Below, piece after piece: positions 62,398-64,000 of a stretch of 64,000 nt of DNA. Origin of the DNA: Candidatus Dormiibacterota bacterium (GTDB lineage: Bacteria; Chloroflexota; Dormibacteria; Aeolococcales; Aeolococcaceae); assembly GCA_963709585.1 (NCBI GenBank), contig CAVPXI010000015.1:32001-96000 (forward strand), written 5' to 3'. A model generated the notes under the pieces. That model had not been told where the DNA came from. It saw only the letters and a program-made list of their open reading frames with translations, and made no database searches. Each line of letters begins with the position of its first letter. Position 1 is the stretch's first letter. Made by a program: the position numbers and the translations under genes.

Positions 62398-62997
62398 ATG
62401 ACGTATTGGTGGGAGGCATCTACCGTCGGTGCCGCGGTGCTCGTAAGCGCCTTGATCGGCATCTTCATCGGCGTACGGATGGCGCGACGAGAAAACGGCG
62501 GCTGGGCCGAGCCGGCGGTCTCGACTCGTCATCTCGAGCGTCGGGCGGTTGCGTACCTCGAGGTATCGATGGGCTGGCACGCGTACTTCGAGTCGGTCCG
62601 ACCCCTCGCCTTCCCGGCGGAAGGATTCCTCTCCGACCAGCCCCGGGACCTGGCGGGAGTCATCCGCTCACGGGCTCAACTCGCACAATTCGGCACCTTA
62701 TCGGCGCAGCAACTCCACGACGACGCCCTCGAGGCGGCAGTCGCGCTCATCAATGTTTTGCGATCGCTGCCGCCGACACCGGGCTCGGGCGAGCCCGACC
62801 TGAGCGCAGGACGCGACGCCCTGCGAGCCGCGCTCCGAGAGCTTGCCACGAAAGTGGACCAGCTCGAACGCCAGATGCGCTGGGAGCTTCAGCCTGGGCC
62901 GGCGCCGCCGGAGCGCCAGATCGAGGCAATCGGACGGGCAGGCGCCGCGCGCCGTCAGGGCACCCCCGCTCGGAGTGGAACAAAGCCGCTCCGCTAG
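62398..62997 (+). CDS. Hypothetical membrane-anchored protein
   Basis: N-terminal TM helix followed by a helical soluble region. Confidence 0.65.
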   Translation: MTYWWEASTVGAAVLVSALIGIFIGVRMARRENGGWAEPAVSTRHLERRAVAYLEVSMGWHAYFESVRPLAFPAEGFLSDQPRDLAGVIRSRAQLAQFGTLSAQQLHDDALEAAVALINVLRSLPPTPGSGEPDLSAGRDALRAALRELATKVDQLERQMRWELQPGPAPPERQIEAIGRAGAARRQGTPARSGTKPLR

Positions 62998-63015
62998 GGC
63001 TCCTAAGAGGTCCAG

Positions 63016-63462
63016 CTACGCCTGGGTCATCGACTGCTCGGCTGCCGCTTTCAGGCCATCGAGCACCGGGCCCCAGTTCTGCTCCGCCATGGTGTTCGCC
63101 GCTTCCTGGCTGGGATTGTTGTCCTGCTCGACCGTGAGGATCGTCTCCTGCCCATGCTCGGCAAGCTCGTAGGTCACCGTGTGGTAGTTCTCAGGCTTGT
63201 CCTCACTGCCACCCATCGGGCTCCAGTGCGTGACCTTGAGCAGCTTCTTCGGGTCCACCGCGACGACGGTTCCCTTGTCCTCGTAGGCCTGCCCCTGCCA
63301 TTCGCCTTTCCAGGTGATCGGGTTGCCCACAGTCCAGTCGGTCTCCAGATTGGTGCCATACATGTACTGGCGGACCATGGCCGGATCGGTCAGCGCCCGC
63401 CAGACCACATCCGGCGGAGCGCTGACGGTGATTCGCTTCTTGGCGACGAAATTCGCAGTCAA
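63016..63462 (-). CDS. SRPBCC/Aha1 domain protein
   Basis: VWRALTDP, TDWTVG, NWGPVLDGLK. GGAGG RBS before a TTG start. Confidence 0.88.
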   Translation of the reverse strand: MTANFVAKKRITVSAPPDVVWRALTDPAMVRQYMYGTNLETDWTVGNPITWKGEWQGQAYEDKGTVVAVDPKKLLKVTHWSPMGGSEDKPENYHTVTYELAEHGQETILTVEQDNNPSQEAANTMAEQNWGPVLDGLKAAAEQSMTQA

Positions 63463-63739
63463 AGTTTTGCGTCCTCCATGGTCGGCTAGAATCGGTTGCT
63501 ACGGGAGCCTGTATTCGTACCTTAAGCAGGTTGGACCCCCGTCCGGCGCTGGGCTCAGGGGCTGCTCGTGACGTTCCGCCTATGCCGCCGTGATGCGGCG
63601 TCTATTCCGATGCGCCCGGTGGCCTTCCACACTGACAGGAAATGCTGCGCGTCAGGAACGGGATTGGTGCGGTCCACGGATCAGCGCCATCGATGGTGGC
63701 GGCCTGAGTACAGGCGACACAGTCGGATGGCCTCACCGT

Positions 63740-64000
63740 GAGAACCGGATTCTCGGTGCTCTTCCCCCTGCGGAGCGAGCGATGGTGTTGGAGGCGACGC
63801 ACACCGTAACCCTCGATGTGAGAGTGGTGCTGTTCGAGCCAGGCGACACCGTCGATGCGGTCTACTTCCCTACGGACGGGGTGATCTCATTGGTGACCCC
63901 ACTGCACGATGGTGCCATCGTCGAGGTGGCCACAGTCGGCAACGAGGGGATCGTCGGGATCCCCCTGGTGCCACTCGGAGGCCTCGCCGTGCGTGCCATC
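63740..64000 (+). CDS. Crp/Fnr-family regulator, cNMP-binding domain (3'-partial; start uncertain)
   Basis: Manual translation ENRILGALP...VYFPTDGVISLV...VEVATVGNEGIVG, open to the window end. Confidence 0.85.

Overview
High-GC bacterial chromosomal window. Gene content and the Gram-positive-type SOS box point to a Terrabacteria soil lineage such as Ca. Dormibacterota or Chloroflexota (inference). Most of it is ordinary housekeeping and stress content: MarP/HtrA proteases, an osmoprotectant ABC operon, two bactofilins, an ECF42-type sigma with two YCII genes, Lon, cydAB, an adenylate cyclase-AAA-TPR protein, tRNA-Leu, secG, PLD, PadR, a hybrid kinase, icd, mutY, malQ/glgX, an SOS-boxed UvrD, DyP and lldD. 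The main unusual feature is at 1-8.7 kb. An intact tRNA-Pro(TGG) (8658-8732, minus) is followed by two further copies of its 3' 45 bp (3480-3524, 1420-1464), each starting exactly at the anticodon loop. They delimit tandem units of 5178 bp and 2060 bp that encode no recombinase, plus a third segment running off the left edge. The units share homologous non-coding flanks on both sides of the core and carry only cargo genes (a two-domain secreted phosphoesterase, MTHFR with a ZTP-riboswitch-like leader, a Pro-Thr-linker surface protein). This resembles an integron-like, tRNA-anchored cassette array. About ten core genes carry single-base frameshifts that look like long-read assembly errors. Seven lesions (four insertions, three substitutions) fall on the GAGTC/GACTC motif, suggesting a DNA-modification footprint.
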